A DNA stretch of 64,000 bases from Terriglobia bacterium (lineage in GTDB: Bacteria; Acidobacteriota; Terriglobia; Terriglobales; Acidobacteriaceae): assembly GCA_963832635.1 (NCBI GenBank), contig CAWHVH010000014.1, positions 51,397 to 115,396 on the forward strand, written 5' to 3'. Both the position numbers and the translations under genes were made by a program. Shown here in pieces: positions 1 through 9,381 of the stretch (positions are counted from its first letter, which is position 1; the number at the start of each line of letters is the position of its first letter). Below the pieces are notes generated by a model that saw only the letters and a list, made by a program, of their open reading frames with translations, searched no databases and was not told the DNA's origin.

Positions 1-484
1 TTTGATGGCGTTGTCGAACAAATTTGGAGCTATCGTCCTCAGCACCGGAAACAAAAGCGAACTGGGCGTCGGCTACTGCACGCTCTACGGAGACATGGCG
101 GGCGGTCTGGCGGTGATTTCGGATGTTCCCAAGACGCTCGTCTACCGGCTCAGCCATTACGTGAATTCGCGAGGGCCGGTGATTCCGCAAGCCAGTCTGG
201 AGAAGCCTCCCTCGGCGGAACTGCGTCCCGGCCAGCAGGACAGCGATACTTTGCCGCCGTACGATGTGCTGGATGCGATCCTTGAGGATTATGTCGAGGA
301 CTCTCATCCCGCCGAACAGATCGCAGCCGACCGCGGCTTCGACCTCGAGCTGGTGAGGAGAGTGATTCGCATGGTGGAACGAAGCGAATACAAGCGCCAG
401 CAAGCTGCGCCAGGATTGAAAATTACCGCCAAGGCCTTCGGTTATGGGCGGCGGTTTCCAATCGCAGCGAAGGCAGATATTTAG
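1..484 (+). CDS. nadE: NAD+ synthetase, C-terminal part (5' end lies outside the window)
   Basis: The ORF is open to the window edge. Motifs [32 protein letters not shown] and [15 protein letters not shown] are typical of the NadE synthetase domain. Confidence 0.85.
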   Translation, partial: LMALSNKFGAIVLSTGNKSELGVGYCTLYGDMAGGLAVISDVPKTLVYRLSHYVNSRGPVIPQASLEKPPSAELRPGQQDSDTLPPYDVLDAILEDYVEDSHPAEQIAADRGFDLELVRRVIRMVERSEYKRQQAAPGLKITAKAFGYGRRFPIAAKADI

Positions 485-519
485 GAACGGTTCGGATCAT
501 CATCCCCTGAAAGGAACGC

Positions 520-1419
520 ATGCATCGTCTACTCACTGGAATTATGCTCGTTGGACTGCTGGCGACACTGGCATCCGCTCGACAAAAATCTTCTGTTCGG
601 GAACACGCGGCAACGAAACCGGCAACGACCTCTGCCGCAAACCTGCCCTCGGAAGACACCGTAAACGGCTTCATGCAGCAAACTTTCGGCTATGAGCCGG
701 AGGTGAGCTGGAAAATTCTGAGCATTAAGCCGTCTTCGGCGGAAGGACTTGCGGAGGTCGACCTGATCATCACCGGTCCCCAGGGGCCGCAGAGCACGCG
801 CTTCTACGTGACGCCCGACGGCAAGCACGCGGTGGCAGGTGAGTTGATGCCATTCGGCGCCCGTCCGTTCGCTGCCACTGCCCGGGAACTCGAGAAGACT
901 GCGACCGGGCCCGTGCGCGGTCCGGCCGACGCTGCGGTGACGATTGTCGAATTCAGCGACTTGCAGTGTCCGCATTGCAAGGAGGCTCAGCCCATCCTGG
1001 AGAAGCTTCTCGACAACGACAAGAACGTGCGCTTGGTCTTTCAGAACTTCCCGCTGCCTAGCCATGACTGGTCGTCAAAAGCGGCAGCTTACGCTGACTG
1101 CGTAAGCCGGACTTCGCACGAGGCATTCTTCAAACTGGTAGATGGCATCTTCGCCGTGCAATCGGAGATTACCGCCGGCAACGCCGACGAGAAATTGTCG
1201 GGCTTGGCCGATCAGGCGGGAGTGAAGGGAGCGGATATGGCGGCCTGCGCCGCCAAGCCGGAAACCACAGCGCGGGTCGAGCAGTCGGTTGCGCTAGGGA
1301 AAATCATGGACGTCACCGCGACCCCGACCATGTTCATCAATGGACGGAAAATTCCCGGCGGCGCGGACTACGACAGCCTCAAGAAGCTCGTTGATTTCGC
1401 TGCAAAGCAGCCAAAGTAG
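520..1419 (+). CDS. DsbA-family thiol:disulfide oxidoreductase, secreted
   Basis: N-terminal hydrophobic signal-like segment. Thioredoxin-fold active site CPHC (FSDLQCPHCKEAQP). DsbA-like C-terminus (TPTMFINGRK). Confidence 0.8.
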   Translation: MHRLLTGIMLVGLLATLASARQKSSVREHAATKPATTSAANLPSEDTVNGFMQQTFGYEPEVSWKILSIKPSSAEGLAEVDLIITGPQGPQSTRFYVTPDGKHAVAGELMPFGARPFAATARELEKTATGPVRGPADAAVTIVEFSDLQCPHCKEAQPILEKLLDNDKNVRLVFQNFPLPSHDWSSKAAAYADCVSRTSHEAFFKLVDGIFAVQSEITAGNADEKLSGLADQAGVKGADMAACAAKPETTARVEQSVALGKIMDVTATPTMFINGRKIPGGADYDSLKKLVDFAAKQPK

Positions 1420-1437
1420 ATGTGACGGAGACGGGAA

Positions 1438-3360
1438 CTACTGTTCCATCCAGATTTCCGCACTCTGAGGGTGTTTCGCAGCCGCAATCACGTGCGGCGT
1501 GATGACCACCAGTAGTTCGTCGTCGCTTTCTTGATTGTTATTGGTGGCCATGATCTGGTTGAAACCGGGAACCTGCCCCAATCCCGGAATTCCGTTGAGG
1601 CTTCGCTGCTCACTGCTCGAGACCGCGCCGGCGATTACCGCTGGCTGGCTATTCATCAGGGTAATGCCGCCCTTGTACTCGCGGTTCGAGATCACGGGTA
1701 CACCGTTCAGGCTCCTCGTCCCCAGGGCGCGCACCTGCATGTCGAGTTGCAGACTGACATCGTTGCTGGAACTGATGAAGGGCTTAGCCTTGATGGTCAG
1801 ACCGATGTCCTCGTAGCTGAACGAGGGGAACGCCGATTGAAAGGTGTTGTTCTGGATGTTTTGCGCAATGGCCGCCGTGTTGTAGATAGGCGCAAAACTT
1901 GCATTCAGGATCGGGTATCGCGAGCCGAGCTTGAATGAAGCCTCGTTTCCCTGCGCCACCCGCAGGGTCGCGTGTTGCAGGGAACGGATGGAACTCTCGT
2001 TCAAGCCAAGCTGCGCTGCCGCCGTGTCGAGGCTCAAGCCGAAAAGGGTCAGCCCGCCGCCGAAGGTTGCCAGAGGATTACTGAAGATCGAGTTCTGCTG
2101 TCCCTGCAACTGGGCCAGCAGCGCGGAAAGCGACGTCGACCCCGCCTGATTGATGCCCCCACCGGCGATCAATTGATTGATCAGTTGTTGAATGTTCTGG
2201 CCGCCCAGCGCGCCCAGCGCCGCCGCGGGAATATTAAACAAATTGAACTGGCTCGGGACGTGCAACCCGATGTTCCGCATCAACGTGTGACTGACTTCGT
2301 AGATATTCACATCGAGCAGGACCTGCGGACGCGAGTCGCCCAGGCCCTCCACGAATCGCGTGGCGGCGTTGATCGTATTCTGCGGTGCTCGCACCGTGAT
2401 GGTGCTCGCCTGCGGATGCTGATTGATGAAGCGAATGTCGAACACGGTACGCAGCGCGTTGACGACGTCGGTCAAATCTGACGGCGCCGTGGCTCCGGAA
2501 ATGTAGAAGGTTCGCAGCGCCATGCGGTCAAACTGGCGGTGGTTCTCGGGAGAATCCTGGGCCACGATGATCTGCTTTTCTCCCAATGGTGACCAAAAAG
2601 TCTTGGTGACAATGCCCGCCGCCCGCATGGCACTGTAGAAATCGACGTTGCTGATGTAAAAGCGGACGGGACGGGAGGTCACGGAATCGTCGATGCTGGC
2701 GACAATCCCGAACGTGTTCGCCACTTGGGTCAGCAGTGCTTTGGAATCCCCGGTGTAATGAAAGTCGGCGCGCAGCCGTTCGGGAACTACTTCGATTTCT
2801 CCTGCTGAGGCCACGACCGTGGGCCTCTTGGGTGCTTCGGGCGCCCATTCCGCCAACGCCTGTTGCAATTGCTGCTGGGCGAATTGATTGCTCGGATCGA
2901 GTTGCAGCGCCGAACGGAATTCGGCCAGGGCTTCAACCTGACGTTTCTCCAACAAGTCCTTGTTCCCGCTTTGCAGATGCTGCGAGACCAGTTCCTGGCG
3001 CTCCATCTCCCGCGCCGTCAGATAGTCAACATTCTTGGGTACCAGTTGAGACGCAGTTTCGAACTCGGCCAGAGCTTCGTTCCCCTGTCGCCGCTTGGCC
3101 AGATTGATTCCGCGCTCGTAGGCCTCTTTGGCTTGCTTTAACTGCTTCTTTGACGGGTTGCAGTTTTCGCCGCCAGGCGCTCCCTGGCCGCAAGGCAGAA
3201 GCGGAATACCCGCCTGAGGCGGATCGTCGGCGCCCATCGCACCAACCGCGAGCGCGATGACCATCAGAATGGGAGCAGCCCAGCGCATGCCTCCCGATTG
3301 TAACCGGGAAGCAAGGCCGGGCCGAGCGCTTTCCAGAAGCCCATGTACCTTTAGGTTCAT
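1438..3360 (-). CDS. Secretin (GspD/PilQ family) with N-terminal TPR-like region
   Basis: C-terminal secretin-domain signatures (NGVPVISNREYKGGITL, SLNGIPGLGQVPGFNQIM, ELLVVITPHVI). TPR-like helical repeats follow the signal segment. The ORF track runs to 3627, but that extension overlaps the gltA start, so I placed the start at Met 3360; Met 3288 is an alternative. Confidence 0.72.
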   Translation of the reverse strand: MNLKVHGLLESARPGLASRLQSGGMRWAAPILMVIALAVGAMGADDPPQAGIPLLPCGQGAPGGENCNPSKKQLKQAKEAYERGINLAKRRQGNEALAEFETASQLVPKNVDYLTAREMERQELVSQHLQSGNKDLLEKRQVEALAEFRSALQLDPSNQFAQQQLQQALAEWAPEAPKRPTVVASAGEIEVVPERLRADFHYTGDSKALLTQVANTFGIVASIDDSVTSRPVRFYISNVDFYSAMRAAGIVTKTFWSPLGEKQIIVAQDSPENHRQFDRMALRTFYISGATAPSDLTDVVNALRTVFDIRFINQHPQASTITVRAPQNTINAATRFVEGLGDSRPQVLLDVNIYEVSHTLMRNIGLHVPSQFNLFNIPAAALGALGGQNIQQLINQLIAGGGINQAGSTSLSALLAQLQGQQNSIFSNPLATFGGGLTLFGLSLDTAAAQLGLNESSIRSLQHATLRVAQGNEASFKLGSRYPILNASFAPIYNTAAIAQNIQNNTFQSAFPSFSYEDIGLTIKAKPFISSSNDVSLQLDMQVRALGTRSLNGVPVISNREYKGGITLMNSQPAVIAGAVSSSEQRSLNGIPGLGQVPGFNQIMATNNNQESDDELLVVITPHVIAAAKHPQSAEIWMEQ

Positions 3361-3450
3361 CCCATCGGGAGAACGAGATTTGGGTCGGCACTTGCGCAAA
3401 AAGCCCGCCACTCGCCACAAGTAACGGTGACGGCCGTCACACCAGGCAGG

Positions 3451-3479
3451 TTGGAAAGTTGAAGGATTTGGCGTATAAA
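3451..3479 (+). promoter_or_regulatory. Candidate sigma70-type promoter for gltA (TTGGAA-17 nt-TATAAA)
   Basis: Hexamers read directly at 3451-3456 and 3474-3479 with a 17-nt spacer, about 80 nt upstream of the gltA ATG. Confidence 0.3.
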
Positions 3480-3559
3480 AGTTAGTTGCGACAGCACGAC
3501 GCTTTTCCTCCCGTGCAGCCACAACGCAAAAATCATCCAGGAAGCGCGAGCGAGGTACC

Positions 3560-4702
3560 ATGTCCAGCCTCACCACCACGCATGCCCCCAAGGGTCTCGA
3601 GGGAGTGGTCGCTACCACTTCCAGCATCTGCTATATCGACGGCGAACAGGGCATTTTGGCATACCGCGGCATTGATATTCATGAACTCGCCGACAACTCT
3701 ACTTTCGAAGAAACCTGCTACCTGCTGTGGTATGGCAAGCTGCCGACGCGCGATCAGTTGCGCGATCTTCATGAGCGGCTGGCGGAAGAACGCAAGATCG
3801 ATGCCTCGATCATCTACCGTCTGCAGCTGGCGCCCAAGCATGCGCTGCCCATGGACGTGCTGCGAACGATCGTTTCGGCGCTGTCGTTCTACGATCCCGA
3901 AGAGAAGAACAACGACCGCGACGCCAATTTCCATAAGGCCATCCGCCTGACTTCGCAGATCGCCATGGTGGTCGCGGCCTACGACCGGATTCGCAAGGGC
4001 AAGCCGGTGGTCGAGCCGGACCGCTCGCTCTCGCACGCGGCTAATTTTCTATTGATGCTTAATGGGACACATCCCAATAAGACTGCCGAGCGAGCGCTGG
4101 ATATCGCCCTCATCCTGCACGCCGACCACGAACTGAACGCTTCGACCTTTGCGGCGCGCGTCACGGCCGCGACCCTTTCGGATATGCACTCCGCCATTAC
4201 CTCGGCAATTGGAGCCTTGAAAGGACCTCTGCACGGCGGCGCCAACGAAGCCGTGTTCCACATTCTGGAGGCAATCGACGCTTCCGGCGCTGATCCGGTC
4301 GAGTACGTCAAGGGTCTGCTGGCACAGAAAAAGAAGATTCCTGGCTTTGGGCACCGTGTGTATCACACCGAGGACCCGCGGGCGACCCACCTCCGGACCA
4401 TGTCGCGCGACCTTGGCACCGCGAGCGGACAGCCCAAGTGGTTCCAGATTTCCCACGCCATCGAAGAATTCGTGAAGAACGACAAGAAGCTCAACGCCAA
4501 CGTAGACTTCTATTCGGCTTCCACCTACCACACGCTGGGTATCGATGTGGACCTGTTCACGCCCGTGTTTGCTGTGTCCCGTGTAAGCGGCTGGACAGCC
4601 CACGTAATGGAGCAACTCGACGATAACCGCCTGATCCGGCCGCGCGCCGATTACATCGGCCCGTCCTACCCGCAGCATTATGTGGAGTTGGATCGGCGGT
4701 AG
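3560..4702 (+). CDS. gltA: Citrate synthase (small, about 380 aa type)
   Basis: Full-length match to citrate synthase motifs (GLEGVVA, LILHADHELNAST, GPLHGGANE, GFGHRVY, DPR). Confidence 0.9.
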   Translation: MSSLTTTHAPKGLEGVVATTSSICYIDGEQGILAYRGIDIHELADNSTFEETCYLLWYGKLPTRDQLRDLHERLAEERKIDASIIYRLQLAPKHALPMDVLRTIVSALSFYDPEEKNNDRDANFHKAIRLTSQIAMVVAAYDRIRKGKPVVEPDRSLSHAANFLLMLNGTHPNKTAERALDIALILHADHELNASTFAARVTAATLSDMHSAITSAIGALKGPLHGGANEAVFHILEAIDASGADPVEYVKGLLAQKKKIPGFGHRVYHTEDPRATHLRTMSRDLGTASGQPKWFQISHAIEEFVKNDKKLNANVDFYSASTYHTLGIDVDLFTPVFAVSRVSGWTAHVMEQLDDNRLIRPRADYIGPSYPQHYVELDRR

Positions 4703-4724
4703 GGAAGAAGGGAACGATTTCGCA

Positions 4725-4758
4725 AGCCCCGCGCTTTATCGCGCGGGGCTATGTTTTT
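4725..4758. terminator. Hairpin terminator shared by convergent gltA and the AraC-family gene
   Basis: Perfect 10-bp stem AGCCCCGCGC / GCGCGGGGCT with a 6-nt loop, followed by ATGTTTTT on the + strand. Confidence 0.6.
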
Positions 4759-5609
4759 GAGGTGAAGGGGAAAGCAACGCCCTGGCCCCTCTCAGCGATT
4801 AACATCCGAAATGCCCCCGGACTCATGCCAGTCACGCGGCGGAATACGCGGGTGAAGTGACTCTGGTCGGCGAAGCCCTTCTCCAGAGCTACCTCCGTCA
4901 GGCTGGTATCGGGCTTCAGCATCTGCTCGCAGGCGGCGCGAATCCGCAGTCGATGGACGTACTCTCCGATCCCTTCCCGGGTGCAGCGGCGAAACACGCG
5001 CGACAAGTGAACCGGGTGCACTCCCGCCTCAAGGCTGAGTTCTTCCAGCGTGATTCGTTCGCAAAATTCGCTTTTGAGTTTATCGATCACTCTTCCCAGC
5101 CACCGCGGAGCGCTCTTGATATTCTCGCGTGAGGGGCAGGCGACCGCTCCCAGCAACTCCGCCAGCAGGCTCTCAAGGCCAAGGTCGTCGGCTTCGAGAC
5201 TACGGGTTTCGCGGAACACTTTCATGGCCAGCCAAAGCACCTCGCCTCCGGCGCAGTCCTCGCACGCGGCGTTCAGGTTTCCGGAGCATTGCTGCAGACG
5301 CTTTTGCCAGATCGGAAGAACTTCGATCTCAAAGAATTTGACGCCGCGTGGGCCAATCTCGTCGCGATGGGGAACACCCGCCGGCCGGAACATGATCGTG
5401 AAAGGTCCGAAGTCGCGTTCCCGGTGGATATAGTTCTCCCGATAGCTGCCGTCGAGCAACATGCCGAAGAACGGTAACTGGTGCGAGTGCTCCGGAAGTT
5501 TACGAGGCTGTTGGTGACATAGGTCGGTAAAGATCGCCCCACACTGCTGGTGCTTTTTCTGCACCGCGCCGTAAAAACTTCCGCCCGCCAGCGCTTCATG
5601 TCGCGCCAT
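4749..5609 (-). CDS. AraC-family transcriptional regulator
   Basis: C-terminal AraC HTH (GFADQSHFTRVFRRVTGMSPGAFR). Start placed at Met 5609 (MARHEALAGG) rather than the ORF-track start at 5705. Confidence 0.8.
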   Translation of the reverse strand: MARHEALAGGSFYGAVQKKHQQCGAIFTDLCHQQPRKLPEHSHQLPFFGMLLDGSYRENYIHRERDFGPFTIMFRPAGVPHRDEIGPRGVKFFEIEVLPIWQKRLQQCSGNLNAACEDCAGGEVLWLAMKVFRETRSLEADDLGLESLLAELLGAVACPSRENIKSAPRWLGRVIDKLKSEFCERITLEELSLEAGVHPVHLSRVFRRCTREGIGEYVHRLRIRAACEQMLKPDTSLTEVALEKGFADQSHFTRVFRRVTGMSPGAFRMLIAERGQGVAFPFTSKT

Positions 5610-5710
5610 AAACCTCGCATCTCCGAGGTTGCCTTTGTTCAAGACAACCTCTGGTACGTCGGTTAGACTCCCGTTGCTGAATTTCGATAGCCCTGGAGGT
5701 CCCACAACTC

Positions 5711-6322
5711 ATGCGCATATGGATGCTGCTTTGCGTTTCATTTCTCCTGCAATACGGCGTTGCCCCTGCCAGTGCCCAGGAGAGTGGCGTGTCAAGCCAC
5801 ACACCCACCTATACGGCGGATGGAAAGCTGGTGTTCCCGGCAAATTACCGCGAATGGATTTATCTGACTTCGGGCGTCGACATGAGCTACTCCCCGATGC
5901 AGATGGATCATTCCATGTTCGACAACGTCTTCGTGAATCCGGAGTCCTATCAGGCGTTCCTCAAGACCGGTACCTGGCCCGATAAAACCATGCTGGTGCT
6001 CGAGGCTCGGATGGCGGGTAGCAAGGCTTCCATCAACAAGAGCGGCCACTACCAGACTGCGGAACTGATGGGACGCGAGGTTCACCTCAAAGACAGCGCC
6101 CACGGCGGATGGGCTTTCTATGGCTTCGACGGAGATGCTCCGGCCAAAATGATTTCCAAGGAAGCCGCCTGCTATTCCTGTCATGAGGCCCATGGAGCCG
6201 TGGATACGACGTTTGTGCAGTTCTATCCCACGTTGATCGAATTAGCCAAAAGCAAGGGAACCCTCAGCCAGAACTATGTGAAGGAAGAGGCTGCGACCAA
6301 GGCGGCGCCGAAAGGGAAGTGA
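5711..6322 (+). CDS. Cytochrome P460-family haem protein (secreted)
   Basis: Signal peptide, a single CxxCH haem motif (CYSCHEAHGAVDTTFVQFYPTL) near the C-terminus, and a length of about 200 aa resemble the P460 family. Confidence 0.55.
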   Translation: MRIWMLLCVSFLLQYGVAPASAQESGVSSHTPTYTADGKLVFPANYREWIYLTSGVDMSYSPMQMDHSMFDNVFVNPESYQAFLKTGTWPDKTMLVLEARMAGSKASINKSGHYQTAELMGREVHLKDSAHGGWAFYGFDGDAPAKMISKEAACYSCHEAHGAVDTTFVQFYPTLIELAKSKGTLSQNYVKEEAATKAAPKGK

Positions 6323-6374
6323 GCCCATACTGTCGCGCGCGGGGTCCCTGGCCCACAAGGCGTAAAATAAGCGG

Positions 6375-7544
6375 ATGCGGCGAGTTTACTTCGACAACAA
6401 CGCCACGACCCCGGTGCTGCCCGAAGTCTTCGAGGCCATGAAGCCTTACTTCGGCGAGCAGTTCGGGAACGCCTCGTCCATTCACCATCATGGACAGGAA
6501 ACTCGCGCCGCCGTCGAACGCGCGCGCGAATCGGTGGCGGCGTTGCTCGGTTGCCGCTCCTCAGAGGTTGTTTTCACCAGCGGTGGCACGGAGGGTGACA
6601 ACCTTGCCATCTTCGGTCTGGCCCATCCCGGCGATCACCTGATCACTTCGACCATCGAGCATCATGCAGTTCTCAATTCCTGCAAGCGCCTGGAAGAAAT
6701 GGGATGCGAGGTCACGTACGTCCCTGTCGACGGCAAGGGCTTAGTCGATCCTGACGATGTGCGCCGCGCGCTGCGGCCGAACACCAAGTTGATCACCGTC
6801 ATGTTCGCCAATAACGAGACCGGAGTGCTGCAGCCGGTCGAGGAGATCGGAAAGATCGCCGCCGAAGCGGACGTCTACTTTCACACCGACGGCGTTCAGG
6901 CAGCAGGAAAAGTCCCAATCGACGTGAGCCGGATCGGTTGCGATCTGCTCTCGATTTCGGGACACAAGATGCACGCTCCGCAGGGAATCGGCGCACTCTA
7001 TGTGCGCAAGGGAACTATCTTGCAGCCGATGCTTTATGGCGGCAGCCACGAGCGCTCGCGCCGCGCAGGCACGGAAAATGTTCCCGGAATTGTGGCGTTG
7101 GGAAAGGCTGCCGAACTGGCGAAGAAAGGTTTCGAGGATGGCAGCCTGGCCAGGATTGCCACCCTGCGCGACCGTATCGAGCAGACAATTCTGGAATCCG
7201 TCGAAGCCACGGGTGTCAATGGCCAAGGCGCGGCGCGGGTGCCGAATACCACGAATCTCTATTTTGATTTCATCGAAGGCGAGCCGCTGGTCATTGCCCT
7301 CGACCTGAAAGGGCTGGCGGTCTCAACGGGGGCGGCATGCTCTTCAGGAGCGATCGAGCCGTCGCACGTCCTCACAGCCATGGGCCTTCCCCACGACCGC
7401 GCACGCGCCAGCCTGCGCTTTAGCCTGGGCAAACAGAACACCGTCGAGGACGTGGACTTCGCCCTGGGCCTGATTCCCGCCACCGTGGCCCGCCTGCGGG
7501 AACTGAGCCCGGTTTACAATAGAAAAACGGCAGTTAGCAGTTAG
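6375..7544 (+). CDS. Cysteine desulfurase (NifS/IscS/YrvO-like, class V aminotransferase)
   Basis: PLP-lysine motif SISGHKMHAPQG and catalytic Cys loop STGAACSSG. Confidence 0.9.
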   Translation: MRRVYFDNNATTPVLPEVFEAMKPYFGEQFGNASSIHHHGQETRAAVERARESVAALLGCRSSEVVFTSGGTEGDNLAIFGLAHPGDHLITSTIEHHAVLNSCKRLEEMGCEVTYVPVDGKGLVDPDDVRRALRPNTKLITVMFANNETGVLQPVEEIGKIAAEADVYFHTDGVQAAGKVPIDVSRIGCDLLSISGHKMHAPQGIGALYVRKGTILQPMLYGGSHERSRRAGTENVPGIVALGKAAELAKKGFEDGSLARIATLRDRIEQTILESVEATGVNGQGAARVPNTTNLYFDFIEGEPLVIALDLKGLAVSTGAACSSGAIEPSHVLTAMGLPHDRARASLRFSLGKQNTVEDVDFALGLIPATVARLRELSPVYNRKTAVSS

Positions 7545-7642
7545 CACTTGGCGCTTAGTCCCCCAAAAGACTCGGAAAGCTTGATAGTCTGAGAGGGTTC
7601 TTGCGCTGTGGCTGAATGCTGATTGCTGAGTGCTGAATGCTG
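7530..7642. repeat. Inverted heptamer-repeat element (copy B) between the desulfurase gene and mnmA
   Basis: Left arm is CAGTTAG-type heptamers x4 (7531-7558). A GAGAGGG core lies at 7591-7597. Right arm is GCTGAAT GCTGATT GCTGAGT GCTGAAT GCTG (7611-7642). The arms can pair if G-U wobbles are allowed. Confidence 0.55.
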
Positions 7643-8746
7643 TCCAAAACCATCGCCGTCGCCATGTCGGGAGGAGTGGACTCCTCGACCGTTGCGGCCA
7701 TGCTGCGCGCCGAAGGACACGAAGTGATCGGCCTCACCATGCAGCTCTGGAACCAACGCCGTCTAGCTGGGCACGCGGGAATGCCGGAAGCTGTACAAGG
7801 CCGGTGTTGCTCGATCGACGATGTCTACGACGCGCGGCGCGTGGCCGAAACCCTCGGCATCCCCTACTACGTCGTGAATCACGAAGACCGTTTCGAGCAG
7901 GAAGTGGTGCGCCCCTTCGTGAATGAGTACCTGTCAGGGCGGACCCCCATCCCCTGCAGTCTCTGCAACAATCACTTGAAGTTTGATCAGTTACTGATTG
8001 TAGCCAAGCAAATTGGTGCCGACATGCTGGCTACCGGGCACTACGCGCGAGTGGCTTTCGATGGCGAGCGCGGGCGGTGGCTGCTCAAGCGGCCAGCCGA
8101 CCGGTCGAAGGACCAGACCTACTTCCTATTCGGGTTGACCCAGGAGCAGTTGAGCCGCACACTTTTCCCTTTGGGCGAGATGACCAAACCGGAAGTCCGC
8201 GAGCGGGCGCGCCAGCATGGACTTGCGCTAGCGGAAAAGCCCGACTCGCAGGAGATTTGTTTCGTTCCCGGCGGCGACTACAAGACTTTTCTCGATGCTT
8301 ATCTGGCAGAACAGGGTGACGCACTACCCGACACTGCCGGTGAATTGGTGACGAGCAGCGGGGAAGTGATTGGCGAGCACAACGGCATTCACAACTTCAC
8401 CGTGGGCCAGCGCAAGGGACTCGGCGTGGCGACGGGTTCACCGCTATACGTGATCCAGATCAAGGGCGATGCCCGCCAGGTCATCGTAGGCAACCAGGAA
8501 GAGCTCTATTCGAAGACCTTGCGCGTGCATCGGACGAATTTGATCTCGGTTGACGAACTGCGGGAACCCCTGCGGGTTACGGTCAAGATCCGTCACCGCC
8601 ACGAAGCGGCCGCGGCGGTGATCGAGAAGTCTGGCGTGGATGAAATCACCGTTACTTTCGATGAACCACAACGAGCCATTACTCCCGGACAAGCTGCAGT
8701 GTTTTATGACGGGGACACCGTGGTGGGCGGCGGGTGGATCTGCTAG
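7637..8746 (+). CDS. mnmA: tRNA 2-thiouridine(34) synthase
   Basis: PP-loop SGGVDSS, catalytic Cys region ([10 protein letters not shown]), full-length colinearity with MnmA. Confidence 0.92.
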   Translation: MLSKTIAVAMSGGVDSSTVAAMLRAEGHEVIGLTMQLWNQRRLAGHAGMPEAVQGRCCSIDDVYDARRVAETLGIPYYVVNHEDRFEQEVVRPFVNEYLSGRTPIPCSLCNNHLKFDQLLIVAKQIGADMLATGHYARVAFDGERGRWLLKRPADRSKDQTYFLFGLTQEQLSRTLFPLGEMTKPEVRERARQHGLALAEKPDSQEICFVPGGDYKTFLDAYLAEQGDALPDTAGELVTSSGEVIGEHNGIHNFTVGQRKGLGVATGSPLYVIQIKGDARQVIVGNQEELYSKTLRVHRTNLISVDELREPLRVTVKIRHRHEAAAAVIEKSGVDEITVTFDEPQRAITPGQAAVFYDGDTVVGGGWIC

Positions 8747-8761
8747 CAGTTCCTCACACCC

Positions 8762-8797
8762 CAAAAAAGAAAGCAGCGCGCAGGCGCTGCCTCTTTC
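8762..8797. terminator. Bidirectional hairpin terminator between convergent genes
   Basis: Stem GCAGCGC / GCGCTGC with a 4-nt loop, flanked by an A-rich run upstream and CTCTTTC downstream. Confidence 0.5.
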
Positions 8798-8814
8798 ACA
8801 TCATCAATTCGCTG

Positions 8815-9330
8815 CTAGATGAACATCTCGTCCTGGGGTACGCTGACGTTATTGCGACGGCGGCTCCGTTTCGCGCCCAGAAAATATTCCAGGCCGACGC
8901 TCAACCCCTGAACCACCCCAGCGAGCTGCCGGATTGGGGAAACCACCGTGCGATGGACCATTTCCGTGGTTTCTTCCACTTTGTCCATCGTACTGCTGAG
9001 CAGTTCGTCCGCCCGGATTACCTGCAGCCGCGTGCGATCAAGGACGTCGTTCACAGTGGCGTCCACGCGGCCAAGTTGGGCCTTTACCAAGGTGGTTGAC
9101 TCGCTGACGTTGCCGACCATAGTTTCGATCTTCGGCCTTAGGTCAATCATCATGGACTGAGCCAGATCCGCCGTTGGCAACACCTTGGTTTTGACCTCAG
9201 CCGCCAGCGCTTCCACTTTTGCGCCCGTCTTGCGCACCGCCAGGTACATCCCCACCAACATGCCTGCCTGGATGACCACGGCAGCCGCCGTGACGGCGGT
9301 AAAAGCGATCAGAATGTTGAGATTGTCCAT
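8815..9330 (-). CDS. Hypothetical membrane-anchored coiled-coil protein (DUF948-like)
   Basis: One N-terminal TM helix followed by a helical region. It lies next to a YtxH-like gene. I recognised no catalytic motif. Confidence 0.45.
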   Translation of the reverse strand: MDNLNILIAFTAVTAAAVVIQAGMLVGMYLAVRKTGAKVEALAAEVKTKVLPTADLAQSMMIDLRPKIETMVGNVSESTTLVKAQLGRVDATVNDVLDRTRLQVIRADELLSSTMDKVEETTEMVHRTVVSPIRQLAGVVQGLSVGLEYFLGAKRSRRRNNVSVPQDEMFI

Positions 9331-9381
9331 AACTTTTCCCCCGCTTGAGAGCTTCGCGCCCGCGCCGCGGAGAATGCCTGA

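Noticed and set aside
3361-3627. An N-terminal extension of the secretin ORF, up to the ORF-track start at 3627.
   Set aside because: It would overlap the gltA start and its promoter region by about 70 nt. The extension has no signal peptide or homology-like sequence. Internal Met codons followed by a hydrophobic signal segment fit better.
7611-7642. The heptamer tandem repeats (also at 40331-40370) considered as a CRISPR array or coding repeat.
   Set aside because: The repeat unit is only 7 nt with no spacers, far too short for CRISPR. I interpret the repeats as arms of a structured intergenic repeat instead.
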